IMG/VR virus record: IMGVR_UViG_3300010403_000705
Coordinates: 124,001-188,000 of that record
Strand: one strand, 5' to 3'
DNA: 64,000 bases
Shown: positions 16,840 to 25,846 of the stretch, piece by piece
How positions within the stretch are numbered: the stretch's first letter is position 1
How the letters are laid out: the number at the start of each line of letters is the position of its first letter
Translations under genes and position numbers: made by a program
The notes under the pieces: model-generated
Told to the model about the DNA's origin: nothing
Database searches by the model: none
Seen by the model: only the letters and a program-made list of their open reading frames with translations

Positions 16840-17853
16840 ATGAATATGTTCAATAATCAAAACACAATGAACGCCTCCTCTTTAAAAGATATGTTGCAAC
16901 AACTAGTAAAATATGCAGCAGTTTTAGAAGAGAATCAACCAGCCAATATGGGTCTAGCTGGTCAAGTTTCATTAAGTGATGATAAAAGAGATGAGTTAAT
17001 TTCACGTGCTATTGTTACTCAAGATGGTAAAATTGCTTTAGCACAAGCTATGGCAAATCCAATTAGAAGAAACTTAGATTATCATGGTATTGCACGACGT
17101 GCACTTGTTGTAGATCCTTTACCTCAAGCAGCTACACCAAGTTACGATAGAGATATTGATGTCGCAGCTGTTGTTATTTCATCCAATGGTACTGGACCAG
17201 AATCTAGGGTGTTTGGTGATAGAGTAGTTGTTCCTACATTTGAAATATATGCAAATCCTACTGTTAGAATTTCTGAAGTAAGACGTCGTAGATTTAATGT
17301 TATTGATAGAGCTGTACAAAAAGCCCGTCAAGAAATTATGGCTCAAGAAGATGCAAATATCTTTGCAGCTATGGATGCCGCTGCTTCAGTAGAAAATACT
17401 TTAACTGATATTGCAGATGCAGGTCTTCTAAAAAGAGATCTTGTAGAAATAAAACAACAAATTGATCGTTGGGATTTAGTAACCACTAAATATTTTATGA
17501 ATATCAATGAATTCACTGATATGCTAAAATGGGGTTCCGGTGGTGGTCAAGGTGTTGGCGGTGGAGATTTTGATCCTGTGACTATGAGAGAAGTATTACA
17601 AACTGGTTTATATGCTCATATTTGGGGTACAGATATTATGGTAAGTAAAATTGTACCACCAGGCACAATTTATGGAGCAGCAGATCCTGAATTCGTGGGA
17701 GTAATGCCAATTAGACAAGATATCGAAGTTCTTCCTGCAGACGAACCAAAACAACTAAAACTTGGTTGGGTAGTTTCAGAAGAAATTGGAATCGGAATTG
17801 TAAATCCAAGAGGCGTCGCTGCCGGTAGAAAGAGTGTTGTTCTAGGCGCTTAA
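16840..17853 (+). CDS. major capsid protein (HK97-like fold)
   Basis: 337 aa; strong SD; downstream of protease/scaffold and decoration genes, followed by a terminator; LVVDPLPQ E-loop-like segment and terminal GWVVSEEIGIGIVNPRGV strand typical of HK97-fold capsids. Confidence 0.88.
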   Translation: MNMFNNQNTMNASSLKDMLQQLVKYAAVLEENQPANMGLAGQVSLSDDKRDELISRAIVTQDGKIALAQAMANPIRRNLDYHGIARRALVVDPLPQAATPSYDRDIDVAAVVISSNGTGPESRVFGDRVVVPTFEIYANPTVRISEVRRRRFNVIDRAVQKARQEIMAQEDANIFAAMDAAASVENTLTDIADAGLLKRDLVEIKQQIDRWDLVTTKYFMNINEFTDMLKWGSGGGQGVGGGDFDPVTMREVLQTGLYAHIWGTDIMVSKIVPPGTIYGAADPEFVGVMPIRQDIEVLPADEPKQLKLGWVVSEEIGIGIVNPRGVAAGRKSVVLGA

Positions 17854-17886
17854 TTAAAGTATATACACTTGCACATTAAAAAAACT

Positions 17887-17915
17887 AAAAGGCATATTTT
17901 TATATGCCTTTTTTT
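17887..17915 (+). terminator. Rho-independent terminator after capsid gene
   Basis: aaaa-ggcatat-tttt-atatgcc-ttttttt. Confidence 0.9.
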
Positions 17916-17986
17916 AATTTCTAACAAATAAAATACTATTAATATAATATGTTAAGTATACATCTTTAATGGATTAAATAAATAAT

Positions 17987-19639
17987 ATGAATATTTTTGC
18001 TACTGGAATAAGTGACAATGTTTTATTTGTTGTAAAGAATGTTACAATTTCACCAAAAAAAATAATTAAAGTATTTAATACTCCAATGTATCCTGGTACT
18101 ACATTAGATGTTATGCAAATTCCTGGTATTTCTGAAGAAGATATTAGAACATCTTTGATTAAGGGTGATTTAAAAAATAAATTGAAGACAGGTCAATTAC
18201 AAGTTGTATCATCTACGGTAGCTTTTCCGGAATCTGATACAGCTTTTATTAAGGAACTAGGTATAATGGGCTTATCTAATAATATTATCAATCCCGATGT
18301 TATTGCTGATATTTCTACTCAGGGAGATGGTTTGCCGGATGGAACGGTAAAATTTACCTCTCCTCCCCGTGCCGCTATGTGGACTTTAAATAAAAATATT
18401 GATTCATCTAAGGCTGATGGTATTAAATATATAGCTGCCCGAGGTGGAGGAGTATGGATCAGAAATATGGCTAATGGCTCACCAGGTGCTAATTTACAAG
18501 ATACCTGGTATGTAAATTTTGATACAGGCAATAATAATGCAGATGGTTTAACTCCATCCACTGCTGTTAAAAATGTAGATGAAATACAAGCTAGGTGGGG
18601 TAACCAAATCATTGATGGATATTTTACTCCATCTGTATTTATTCATATCTCTGGAAATGATTCAAAGCCACATACTTTTTCTCCATGTATGTCAAATTTC
18701 GTATTAATATATTTCAAAGGTACTAGAATAAATACTCCAGGATTATCCGGAACATTAACAACCTACCAAAATTGGAATGGTAATACTAAAACTCAATGTG
18801 AATTTTCTTGGTCATCTTTAATAGGAACATGGACACCTGGTCAATTTTTATCTTTGCCTTCATTAGGAAATGTCAGTGTAGTCGTTGGTAGAGATATTGG
18901 TTCAAAAACAGCAGTTTCTTGTGATGCAGTAGATTTAGATAATATTGCTTCTGTAGATGGTGCTGCTGTTACATTTCAAGGATATAGTTTTAATAAATTA
19001 AATGGAAAAATCTCTTTATCACCATCTGGAGAAGGTACTTTGATCTTTCAAGATATTCAACTTGGCGACCCTGATAATATAGATTTACATTGGGTTAATA
19101 TTACGGGTACAAATGGTGGTGGCGGACAAGTTTTATTTATTGGCTGTAGTATTTATGGAGTAGATAATTATAATGATACGTTAGCTGCTGCGGTGGGATG
19201 TTACATTGTGGGATGGCGTAATTATGGCAGAGATTTAATGCTAGGTAATATACATGATTCTGTAGGTGGCGCTATTTACAGAGTTCATGAACAAGGATTT
19301 TCTGATATCATTTCTAATGTTCTGTTATTGGGTGTACCATCTATAGATCCTTCTGGAGCACTTCTTATCGAATCTAATTGTTCTTGCTATAATGCATTTC
19401 AAGGTTGGTTAGTAAAAGGAGAAATAGAAATTGACGGATCTTTTTGGGTAAAAAATGCAAACATAAATGGGAGCGTATTACAAGTAACAGCCGGGGCAAA
19501 AGTAACATACACAGATGCTGCTAAAATTGGAAGTACTGGTACATCACCTACTAATCGTTATGTCGTTCCAGGTGCTAGTTCTAATACACTACCTTTAGTA
19601 TCACCTAATAGTCTTTGTGGAATTATCAAATTAATTTAA
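17987..19639 (+). CDS. putative spike/fibre protein with beta-helix (depolymerase-like)
   Basis: 550 aa; ~80-aa N-terminal domain, GGGVWIR segment, WYVNFDTGNNNADG...AVKNVDEI motif typical of the start of parallel beta-helix proteins; Gly/Asn/Ser-rich body. Confidence 0.5.
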   Translation: MNIFATGISDNVLFVVKNVTISPKKIIKVFNTPMYPGTTLDVMQIPGISEEDIRTSLIKGDLKNKLKTGQLQVVSSTVAFPESDTAFIKELGIMGLSNNIINPDVIADISTQGDGLPDGTVKFTSPPRAAMWTLNKNIDSSKADGIKYIAARGGGVWIRNMANGSPGANLQDTWYVNFDTGNNNADGLTPSTAVKNVDEIQARWGNQIIDGYFTPSVFIHISGNDSKPHTFSPCMSNFVLIYFKGTRINTPGLSGTLTTYQNWNGNTKTQCEFSWSSLIGTWTPGQFLSLPSLGNVSVVVGRDIGSKTAVSCDAVDLDNIASVDGAAVTFQGYSFNKLNGKISLSPSGEGTLIFQDIQLGDPDNIDLHWVNITGTNGGGGQVLFIGCSIYGVDNYNDTLAAAVGCYIVGWRNYGRDLMLGNIHDSVGGAIYRVHEQGFSDIISNVLLLGVPSIDPSGALLIESNCSCYNAFQGWLVKGEIEIDGSFWVKNANINGSVLQVTAGAKVTYTDAAKIGSTGTSPTNRYVVPGASSNTLPLVSPNSLCGIIKLI

Positions 19640-19651
19640 TATTGGAGTTTT

Positions 19652-19786
19652 ATGCGTGATGAAAAAGCTAAAAATGATTTGCGTCGTATTGCTGAGATTT
19701 TAAAAGAAGAAAAAATTAGAAGAGAAAAAGAAATTATAAAAGATTCATCCAGTAAAAAAGAAGGATCTAAACAAAAAAAACAATAA
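19652..19786 (+). CDS. small basic hypothetical protein (44 aa)
   Basis: Manual translation MRDEKAKNDLRRIAEILKEEK...; GGAG SD 19644-19647; fills the gap. Confidence 0.6.
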   Translation: MRDEKAKNDLRRIAEILKEEKIRREKEIIKDSSSKKEGSKQKKQ

Positions 19787-19790
19787 TTTA

Positions 19791-20387
19791 ATGAACTCAT
19801 TTTTTAACATATTAAAAATAGCTAAAAAGTTTGATAGTAAAAATTCGAACAAAAATCAATATATTTATCATATAAAAAATAAATCATTTAGAGGTAAATA
19901 CATTTATCCACTTTCAGAATTAAAAGAAATATATCCAGATATTTACAAAAAAGAAATTAAAAAATACGAAACAAGAAAACAACATCCTAAAATAAAAATA
20001 GACATTATCAATACAACTTGGGAAGATTGTGTTAATTTTTCTACTCTTAATCCAATTAAAATATTTCAATTAGAAGAATTATTAGGTACTCCAGGCTATA
20101 AAAATATTAAAGATATTGACGTATTTAGATTCAACATTAAAGATTTAAAAAATTTTGATATGTGTTTATACGACGATAGTAAATCTCCTAAAAATGATGA
20201 GGCTTACAAAAAAATTAATCCAAATACTTATAAAGAAACTCAATTTATACCAAATGAGACAACTAAATATTTTATTAAAAGCAAAGATAATCAAGAATAT
20301 CCATTACTTTTTGGATACATTACTCATCTATTAGTAAAAGGTAAGGTGCCAGTAAGTAAAGCAGATATAATTAATTTTGAAGATTAA
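19791..20387 (+). CDS. hypothetical protein
   Basis: 198 aa; YIYH...YIYPLSELK...W..C pattern recalls an uncharacterised bacterial family (from memory, unverified); LKIAK near the N-terminus. Confidence 0.6.
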   Translation: MNSFFNILKIAKKFDSKNSNKNQYIYHIKNKSFRGKYIYPLSELKEIYPDIYKKEIKKYETRKQHPKIKIDIINTTWEDCVNFSTLNPIKIFQLEELLGTPGYKNIKDIDVFRFNIKDLKNFDMCLYDDSKSPKNDEAYKKINPNTYKETQFIPNETTKYFIKSKDNQEYPLLFGYITHLLVKGKVPVSKADIINFED

Positions 20388-20469
20388 TTTGATATTTGTA
20401 AAATAAAATAAATATCACTTATTATTAAAGTATATAATAAACACTATCTTATAATTTGAGGTGCTAATT

Positions 20470-23277
20470 ATGTCTGGATTTGGAATACCTGGAACTGTTG
20501 GTGGCGGAGGGGGTGGTGGAGGAGGCGGAGATGCTTCGTCCGCAAATCAATTAACCCAAATTAATTTAGCCAATAGTACTAATAATTTACTAAATGCTGG
20601 TTTGCCATCATCTCTAGGAGTAGGTGGTGGATTAAAAATTGATGGATCAGGTTCCGCATTACCAATATCTGGAACTATTACTGCTAACATTGGTTCATCT
20701 GGCTCCCTAGCCCTTGATAGTTCAATTACATCATTATCACAAAAATTTAGTTCTTTGGGTCAGAAAACTTCAATTAATTCTACACCAGTTGTATTAGCAT
20801 CTGATCAGTCTATTATTGCTATATCTGCTGTATCTTTACCTTTGCCTACTGGAGCGGCTACAGCTACCCTACAAAATACAGGTATCAATTTATTAACTTC
20901 TCTTGATACTAAAGCTCCAACTTTAATTGGCGGAAGATTACCTGTGGATGGCTCTGGAGTTACTCAACCAATTTCTGGTTCAGTCACTGCTAATATTGGA
21001 TCAACCAATGGCTTAGCTTTAGATTCTAGTATTACATCATTAAACAATAAATTTGCAACTTTGGGTCAAAAATTATCTACTGGATCTACTCCTGTTGTAA
21101 TAGCATCTGATCAATCCGCTATTCCTATTTCTGGAAATATATCAATTTCAAATTTTCCATCTACACAAAATATTTCAGGAACTGTGACTGCTAATATAGG
21201 TACTACTAATGGAATAGCTTTAGATACAACACTGTTATCATTGTCTGCTAAATTTAATTCTTTAGGTCAGAAAACTTCAGCTAATTCAAGTCCAGTAGTA
21301 ATTGCTTCTGATCAGTCATCAATATCCGTAAATGCAAGTAGTCTTCCACTTCCAACTGGAGCATCTACTTCGGCTCTTCAATCTTCTACCAATTCTTTAC
21401 TTACTTCTATTGATAATAAAATAACTACAGTTAATACTGGGGCTGTAGTAGTAACTTCTTCTACTTTACCAACTGGAGCTTCAACTTCATCCCTACAAAC
21501 CACAGGAAATAATTCTTTATCTTCTATTGATACTAAAGTTCCTGCTTTAGTATCAGGTCGTGTACCAGTAGATGGTAGTGCTGTAGTTCAACCAGTTTCT
21601 GGTAACGTTGCAATTTCTAATTTTCCAGCTTCGCAGCCAGTAACTTTTTCTGGTTCTTTACCAGCTGGAACTAATCAGATTGGTCATGTTATTACTGATA
21701 TTGGTTCTACTGTTGCTGTAAGTAATTTTCCTGCTACACAGCCTATTTCAGGCACAGTTACTGCTAACATTGGTACAACTAATGGTTTAGCATTAGACAC
21801 TTCAGTAAATAATATTAACTCTAAATTAGGTTCTTTGGGTCAAAAAAATTCTGCCGGCTCAGCACCAGTAGTAATTGCTTCTGATCAGTCTACTCTACCT
21901 ATCTCTGCTAGCTCGTTACCTTTGCCAACAGGTGCCGCTACTTCAGCTTTGCAAACCAGCGGCAATGCTTCTTTAACATCAATTGCATCTTCTGTAACAT
22001 CTTTAGATAACAAATCACCTATTTTAATTTCTGGTAGAATACCAGTAGATGGAAGCGGAGTCACACAACCTATTTCAGGAACTATCACTGCCAATATTGG
22101 TACTACTAACGGTCTGGCATTGGATACTACTTTAGCTAAACTTAGTGTTTCTCAAGGTGTGGCTTTAGGTGCAAATACTCAAACTTTGATTGGAGGATCT
22201 GTAACCACTGCGGCTCCTACTTATATTACTGGTAATATCAATCCATTATCTTTAACTACCGCAGGAGCGCTAAGAGTAGACAATAGTGGTAACACACAAC
22301 CAGTGGCTGGTACGATTACTGCTAATATAGGTACCACTAATGGATTAGCCTTAGATTCTACATTATCCTCTTTGAATTCTAAATTTAATACTTTAGGACA
22401 GAAGACATCTGCTAATTCTACTCCAGTTGTTATTTCTTCTGATCAATCTTCTTTGTCTGTTACAGTAGGTAATTTTCCAGCTACACAAGCTATTTCAGCA
22501 ATTTCATTACCATTGCCGACAAATGCAGCCACTTCTGCTTTACAAACCACGGCAAATAATTCATTATCATCTATTGATGGAAAAATTATTGCTGTTAATA
22601 CAGGTGCAGTAACTGTTTCTTCTTCTGTTTTACCTACTGGAGCATCTACTGCTACTTTACAAACTTCAGGAAATGCATCTCTAACATCTATTGACTCTAA
22701 AACAGCTGCTTTAGTATCTGGAAGAGTTCCAGTTGATGGATCTGCGGTAATACAACCTATTTCTGGCACTATAACAGCTAATATTGGGACTACTAATGGA
22801 TTAGCATTAGATTCTAATTTAACGAGCTTAAGAAATCAGATCCCTACTACTTTAGGACAAAAAACTTCTGCTAACTCTTTGGCAGTAGTTATTGCATCAG
22901 ATCAATCTGTTGTATCTATTACCGGATCTGTGAACGCAGCTGCTCCAGTTTGGAATCGTACTGCTACTGGATCTATTACTGCTACATCTACAGGCACTAT
23001 TAAAAATAGTGCTGGCAGATTAAGAACAATAAGAATCTTATATAGTGGAGGTGGAACTAATTATTTTCAAATACATGATAAATTAACCGCTACTGCTTTC
23101 AGTAATGCAACTTTGGTTGGATTTGGATATGAAATTTCAAATACATTAGATTCCTTATTATTAGATTTTTCTGAGGAATTAGTAATGTCAGTCGGTATTT
23201 GCTGGGGCATCTCTTCGACTCAAGGGACATACACTGCTGCAGCTCAAAATGCAATTGTTTTTGCGGAATTCATTTAA
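20470..23277 (+). CDS. long repeat-rich fibre-like virion protein
   Basis: GAGGT SD then ATG 20470; poly-Gly N-terminus; 6x LGQK..S..VV(I/L)(A/S)SDQS, 7x TANIG....(L/I)ALD, 6x LPT(G/N)A.T..LQ. Confidence 0.7.
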   Translation: MSGFGIPGTVGGGGGGGGGGDASSANQLTQINLANSTNNLLNAGLPSSLGVGGGLKIDGSGSALPISGTITANIGSSGSLALDSSITSLSQKFSSLGQKTSINSTPVVLASDQSIIAISAVSLPLPTGAATATLQNTGINLLTSLDTKAPTLIGGRLPVDGSGVTQPISGSVTANIGSTNGLALDSSITSLNNKFATLGQKLSTGSTPVVIASDQSAIPISGNISISNFPSTQNISGTVTANIGTTNGIALDTTLLSLSAKFNSLGQKTSANSSPVVIASDQSSISVNASSLPLPTGASTSALQSSTNSLLTSIDNKITTVNTGAVVVTSSTLPTGASTSSLQTTGNNSLSSIDTKVPALVSGRVPVDGSAVVQPVSGNVAISNFPASQPVTFSGSLPAGTNQIGHVITDIGSTVAVSNFPATQPISGTVTANIGTTNGLALDTSVNNINSKLGSLGQKNSAGSAPVVIASDQSTLPISASSLPLPTGAATSALQTSGNASLTSIASSVTSLDNKSPILISGRIPVDGSGVTQPISGTITANIGTTNGLALDTTLAKLSVSQGVALGANTQTLIGGSVTTAAPTYITGNINPLSLTTAGALRVDNSGNTQPVAGTITANIGTTNGLALDSTLSSLNSKFNTLGQKTSANSTPVVISSDQSSLSVTVGNFPATQAISAISLPLPTNAATSALQTTANNSLSSIDGKIIAVNTGAVTVSSSVLPTGASTATLQTSGNASLTSIDSKTAALVSGRVPVDGSAVIQPISGTITANIGTTNGLALDSNLTSLRNQIPTTLGQKTSANSLAVVIASDQSVVSITGSVNAAAPVWNRTATGSITATSTGTIKNSAGRLRTIRILYSGGGTNYFQIHDKLTATAFSNATLVGFGYEISNTLDSLLLDFSEELVMSVGICWGISSTQGTYTAAAQNAIVFAEFI

Positions 23278-23293
23278 AAATAGGAGTTATAAT

Positions 23294-23710
23294 ATGCAGA
23301 TATCTTATGGCAGACCAGCCCAAGAATTATACGTTTTTTTTGGTGCTAATACTATTGGTAATAATACTACTGTTCGTTTTCTGATGCCTGGGTATGTAGG
23401 TACTTTAGCTCCTACAACTCCCAAAGGTCTTAGAATAACAGATTCAAGAAGAATTAATAGAATTTCTGTTTATGCTAACACAGCTGGCACAGGAACAGGA
23501 TCATATACTTTTACCTTGGTTAAAATTGTTGCTGGTGTTGCTAATGCGACCAGCCTATTACTTACTATTTTATCTACAGCTTCCTCAGGCACTGCAATTG
23601 GATCTGTTGATTTAGTAGAAGGAGATATTATTGGGATACAAATCACTCCTACTGGTACTATTTCTAGTGGGAATGATTATTTTGTTTCATTAGGATCAAC
23701 AGATAAATAA
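23294..23710 (+). CDS. small beta-rich protein (putative fibre accessory)
   Basis: AGGAG SD then ATG 23294 inside track ORF 23249..23710; Gly/Thr/Ser-rich. Confidence 0.65.
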   Translation: MQISYGRPAQELYVFFGANTIGNNTTVRFLMPGYVGTLAPTTPKGLRITDSRRINRISVYANTAGTGTGSYTFTLVKIVAGVANATSLLLTILSTASSGTAIGSVDLVEGDIIGIQITPTGTISSGNDYFVSLGSTDK

Positions 23711-23721
23711 GGAAATTATAC

Positions 23722-24345
23722 ATGCCTACATATAGATATAAAACCATTGGTGTAACACAATCACAAATTCAAAATATTCTATCAGTTGGAACAACTGTTT
23801 CAGTCAGCTCAACTATGCCAGAATCTTTTCAAGATGTAACTATTAATGATAGTAATGAATTAAGTAATCTAACAGATTATATGTCATCTGTAGGTTATTC
23901 TTTTTCAGAAAGTAGTCCGGAAGTTTCAGCAGCCAAATCTATTTTACAAATTCAATCTAATAGATTAACTTCAAATTTAGCTACCATTAATGTTGGTGCG
24001 GGTTTCGTTGATGTACTTTCATTAGATATTAAGTCTAAAGGAAATTCTGCTTTTGGTATTGTTGCTTCTCTTAGTGCGACAGTTTTAGTAGGTGGTTCTA
24101 TAAGAATAACTATTAATGGTGGTACTTTTTCTAACCAAGTATTAATGGGTCAAGCATTACCAGTTCTTGGTGGAGGAGGAGCTTCATTTACTGTGCCTTT
24201 GATCATCCCGTCATCTACATCATATACTACTTACACGGTAAAACTTCAAGCACAAGCTATTGGTTTATTAGCTTCTGTTAGTGTGGATGCTGCTACAAAT
24301 CCAGGATCTTCTGGAGCCACCTTAGTAGTTTTTGAATACGCATAA
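23722..24345 (+). CDS. beta-rich hypothetical virion protein
   Basis: 207 aa; AAGGA SD; Ser/Gly/Val-rich. Confidence 0.65.
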   Translation: MPTYRYKTIGVTQSQIQNILSVGTTVSVSSTMPESFQDVTINDSNELSNLTDYMSSVGYSFSESSPEVSAAKSILQIQSNRLTSNLATINVGAGFVDVLSLDIKSKGNSAFGIVASLSATVLVGGSIRITINGGTFSNQVLMGQALPVLGGGGASFTVPLIIPSSTSYTTYTVKLQAQAIGLLASVSVDAATNPGSSGATLVVFEYA

Positions 24346-24354
24346 TTAAATCAT

Positions 24355-24386
24355 ACCTGGTAGAGTACCGTACTCTACCAGGTTTT
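24355..24386 (+). terminator. putative terminator (13-bp perfect stem)
   Basis: acctggtagagta-ccg-tactctaccaggt followed by ttt, 10 nt after the stop of 23722..24345. Confidence 0.7.
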
Positions 24387-24496
24387 CTGATATTAAAATA
24401 ATATAGATATTTTGTGTGGCTATGGAATAATTTAGTATAGTATCAATATAATAGAAACTCTTAAGAGGATAAAATATACTATTAAAATTTACTTTT

Positions 24497-24850
24497 ATGC
24501 TAACTAATAAATTTCCTAACATAGGTAAAATAACTCGTGGAAGAGATTTTAATTTTCATCAAAAGATGATTGTAACTGCTAGCGATTTTGGTAGTAATTC
24601 CATTGATGGTTATCAACCAGACATGATTATTACTTTTTCCACGCAAGGCGTAATGTTTTTTAATGAATCTGGTGCTGGGGTAGTAGAATATAGTTTTAAT
24701 GGAACCACTGTACATGGCGAGTTAGATCCTACTTTACCTAGTAGAGCTTTATCTTTTGATAATAGAGTCATTTCTTTAATTTGGTTTAGAATTAAACCTG
24801 GTAGTTTTGGTCCTGTAGTAGTAAGAGTGGATGCGTGGGCAATCAGATAG
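24497..24850 (+). CDS. small beta-sandwich-like hypothetical protein
   Basis: 117 aa ORF with alternating hydrophobic strands. Confidence 0.65.
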   Translation: MLTNKFPNIGKITRGRDFNFHQKMIVTASDFGSNSIDGYQPDMIITFSTQGVMFFNESGAGVVEYSFNGTTVHGELDPTLPSRALSFDNRVISLIWFRIKPGSFGPVVVRVDAWAIR

Positions 24851-24856
24851 GCTATC

Positions 24857-25183
24857 GTGAAAAACAAGCAAAAATTAATTAAAGATAAATGCGAAATAGA
24901 AGATTGTAATGTAAATACACCACAAGCCTTACATCTTCATCATATCATAGAAAAAACAGAAATTAATACTACAAATCATATTTATAATTTGGCTATTATT
25001 TGCGCTACTCATCATGCCTATGTACATTGTGGTAGATTAAAAATTATTGGAGTTTATCCATCTACTAAGTTGCCAAATAAAAGAGTTTTGATATATGAAT
25101 TAGATGGCAAGAAGAATTTAAATATTGACGTTCCCTACACAAATTTCAAAAATAAATCATTTAAAATACAAGGTAAGAAATGA
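24857..25183 (+). CDS. HNH endonuclease
   Basis: CEIEDC...HLHHII...NHIYNLAIICATHHAYVH: HNH core with flanking Cys/His zinc ligands. Confidence 0.8.
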   Translation: MKNKQKLIKDKCEIEDCNVNTPQALHLHHIIEKTEINTTNHIYNLAIICATHHAYVHCGRLKIIGVYPSTKLPNKRVLIYELDGKKNLNIDVPYTNFKNKSFKIQGKK

Positions 25184-25461
25184 TGAGCTACAAGATTGAT
25201 GCAAGCGATCCAAATAATTTAAGTGATAAAATCTTATCAGAACGAGAAACCAGACGTCGTTTATTAACACATGCAAGGTTATTAGGTTTTGAAAAAGATA
25301 TGTTGTTGTTATTTTTAAAATATGATAAATTGCTTAGGAATTGTAGTAATGAAAAAGAGAGATTAGATATCTCTAAATTAGGAGCAGTAGAGACATATAG
25401 ATTACTTGGTGGGGGTGGTGAATTGTATATTGATGGAAAATTAATTATGAAGGAAGATTAA
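25180..25461 (+). CDS. hypothetical protein
   Basis: 93 aa ORF overlapping the HNH stop. Confidence 0.65.
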   Translation: MMSYKIDASDPNNLSDKILSERETRRRLLTHARLLGFEKDMLLLFLKYDKLLRNCSNEKERLDISKLGAVETYRLLGGGGELYIDGKLIMKED

Positions 25462-25462
25462 A

Positions 25463-25687
25463 ATGAATGATAAATTTAATGGTGAAGTATTATGGTTTGA
25501 TCCTAAACGTGGATATGGTTTTATTGGTTGGGAACAGCTAGGTTTACAACAAAAAGACTTGTTCGTGCATTTTTCTGATGTTTTATGTGAAGGTTTTAAA
25601 ACTCTTTATAAAGGTCAAAAAGTAACCTTTGGAGTAGGTGTTAATAAACATGGCACTCCAAAGGCTACTGAAGTAAAAACACTGTAA
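25463..25687 (+). CDS. csp: cold-shock domain protein
   Basis: GEVLWFDPKRGYGFI (RNP1) and DLFVHFS (RNP2), EGFKTL..GQKVTF. Confidence 0.95.
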   Translation: MNDKFNGEVLWFDPKRGYGFIGWEQLGLQQKDLFVHFSDVLCEGFKTLYKGQKVTFGVGVNKHGTPKATEVKTL

Positions 25688-25846
25688 TTATTTAGGAGGA
25701 TCTGGTGGACTATTTGGTCCTAAAGATACTTCTAGTTCCTCAGTTGTAATCATTGTATATAAAGTATGTAAGCTTATATACTCCTCTTTATCAATAGTAG
25801 TTAATTTTTTCTCTAATGCATTTCTCAATTGTAAATAAGTTAACAT
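25688..25846 (-). CDS. small hypothetical protein (52 aa)
   Basis: Manual translation MLTYLQLRNALEKKLTTIDKEEYISLHTLYTMITTEELEVSLGPNSPPDPPK; exactly fills the gap between flanking genes; no clear SD. Confidence 0.4.
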   Translation of the reverse strand: MLTYLQLRNALEKKLTTIDKEEYISLHTLYTMITTEELEVSLGPNSPPDPPK

